From the NCBI GenBank assembly GCA_964544915.1, contig CAZJDY010000013.1, positions 10,487 through 74,486 of the forward strand: DNA of 64,000 nt, written 5' to 3'. Numbering within the stretch: position 1 is the first letter of the stretch; every line of letters begins with the position of its first letter. Source of the stretch: an uncultured Methanomassiliicoccaceae archaeon (GTDB lineage Archaea; Thermoplasmatota; Thermoplasmata; Methanomassiliicoccales; JACIVX01). The notes beneath the pieces are model-generated. The model was not told the DNA's origin. It searched no databases and saw only the letters and a program-made list of their open reading frames with translations. Shown in pieces: positions 62,916 to 64,000 of this stretch. The translations under genes and the position numbers were made by a program.

Positions 62916-63641
62916 TTACACGAAGTAGAATTTCGTGCCGTACTTGATGCTGGTGTTCGCAACTGCCTCGAGCCTGTCGAGCACGCCGCCATACCTGCGC
63001 ACCATCGTCTTTCCTTCGAGCGGGAGCTTCTCCCTCAGGACCTTGACCTCTTCAAGCAAGCGCTTCGCGTCCTCAGGTGTCAGTTTTGTCCCGTCTTTCG
63101 CGTACTTAGGAACGCATGCGACGATCCTGCATCCGTATTTCTCCGCGATTGAGGGTAGGAGGCTGTTCTCCGGTCCAAAAGTCCCGATGCAGCCTCGCTT
63201 GTTGTCCCATGACAGCGGGCAGCGGGCGCAGGTCTCGTTCAGGTCGTCGAAGGACAGCATGTCCCAGTCGGTCAGGCGATTGTTCGAGTCAGCCATCACT
63301 CTCAATTCCTGAATGACCTTGTCGGGCAGATTGGCCAGCGGTATCCAACCGTTGTAGAGCTTCTTTGCGATCGGGACCAGCCTCTGCTTGTCAGCCTCGT
63401 TCTTGACCTTTTCCAGGTAAATCGTTTCCACTCCGGCGTCGAGCCTGTTCCTCTTAAGAAACCCTTCCCAGTCAGAGCCCAGAGCCTTCTTCGCGTTCTC
63501 CGGATCAATGACCATATCGAACTCTGCATACTGCTCGTAGCCCGTCACAGAGTTCAGATGAACCTTGAGCGTCGAAGTCTTCTTCGCCTTGCACAGCGAC
63601 TCATCGCTGTCCAGCTCGTTGATTGCTATGCTTATGCCCAA
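62916..63641 (-). CDS. Hypothetical 241-aa protein with a CxxC...C cluster
   Basis: Coding-like composition. CARCPLSWDNKRGCIGTFGP and YGCRIVACVP. No family recognised. Confidence 0.5.
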   Translation of the reverse strand: MGISIAINELDSDESLCKAKKTSTLKVHLNSVTGYEQYAEFDMVIDPENAKKALGSDWEGFLKRNRLDAGVETIYLEKVKNEADKQRLVPIAKKLYNGWIPLANLPDKVIQELRVMADSNNRLTDWDMLSFDDLNETCARCPLSWDNKRGCIGTFGPENSLLPSIAEKYGCRIVACVPKYAKDGTKLTPEDAKRLLEEVKVLREKLPLEGKTMVRRYGGVLDRLEAVANTSIKYGTKFYFV

Positions 63642-64000
63642 AACAGCACTCTCCTTGTTCTCCCCGGCAAGATGCGCATCGGTATTTATCTATTCCCCTT
63701 GCACGCATTTATGATTGAAACGATTCCTCTGCTTACTTCTCTACGTCTCTGTTGGTAATGCACAGCGGGCATATCGGTTACCCGCTGAGAGAGTTTGTTG
63801 TTTATGGACGTCAAGTTCGAATCCACAGTAGATCCGAAGAGCGGAGTGAAGCACACGTTGCACAGGCTCGGGAAGAGGATCGGCGGGCGAATTGAAGAGC
63901 GACGCGGATCTGAGACTTCCTGTCAATGACTGGATAAGGTCGAGGGGGTGGGAACCCCTCAACGAGTACCGCATCTGCTGGAGAATATCGGATGTTGTTG

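Noticed and set aside
63804-64000. Short frames at the window edge (MDVKFESTVDPKSGVKHTLHRLGKRIGGRIEERR... and ...NDWIRSRGWEPLNEYRICWRISDVV), vaguely RelE/ParE-like
   Set aside because: The two pieces are in different frames, the first ends at a TGA after 41 codons, and the second runs off the window. The similarity is too weak and the region too truncated to call.
1-64000. Search for CRISPR arrays, rRNA operons, integrases or other prophage or integrative-element hallmarks
   Set aside because: By eye I saw no regularly spaced direct repeats, no rRNA-like conserved strings, and no integrase, recombinase or capsid-like ORFs. The only mobile-element trace is the TnpB relic.

Overview
Gene-dense ~64 kb chromosomal segment with about 65 protein-coding genes. 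By eye I found no rRNA, tRNA or CRISPR array. No database or profile search was run; all calls rest on motifs read from the ORF translations and the DNA, and several start codons are my own re-assignments. The segment is moderately GC-rich and looks like an uncultivated euryarchaeon; Thermoplasmata-like is only a guess. Archaeal hallmarks are a Bat/HTH_10 regulator, a SufBC-only Fe-S system, HdrA/MvhD/HdrD modules, a tungsten-type AOR, SAMP-like beta-grasp proteins with an E1, NosD- and CARDB-type surface proteins with C-terminal TM anchors, AT-rich TATA-like boxes and T-tract terminators. Themes: (1) Metal and metalloid homeostasis: the acr3-arsD-arsA operon with unusual middle genes, a separate arsM, a CbiM/NikM-PDGLE-CbiQ-CbiO ECF importer with palindromic operators, two ZIP transporters and SufBC. 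(2) Envelope and glycan genes: GalU, Ugd, UDP-xylose synthase, an epimerase, two GT2 genes and two very large secreted proteins. (3) Redox and energy genes: HdrA plus an MvhD-HdrD fusion, a short HdrA-like protein, AOR, a P5C-dehydrogenase-like ALDH, Bcp and an Isf-like flavoprotein. (4) Two convergent ABC-2 exporters. Items most worth follow-up: uncharacterised, translationally coupled genes inside the ars operon, which has no ArsR or ArsC; the AOR / MoaD-GG / GG-less beta-grasp / E1 cluster; HdrA separated by a single in-frame TGA from an MvhD-HdrD fusion; GTAACAC-N13-GTGTTAC operators bracketing the nik/cbi promoter; an ATP-cone-nuclease fusion next to a TnpB relic; tandem 62/64-aa paralogues; and an ABC-2 permease with a pentapeptide-repeat ectodomain. 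Gene lesions and missing start codons recur at G/C homopolymers, so assembly indel errors must be excluded before any pseudogene claim. No clear-cut, complete novel system (for example a defence island) could be demonstrated from sequence alone.
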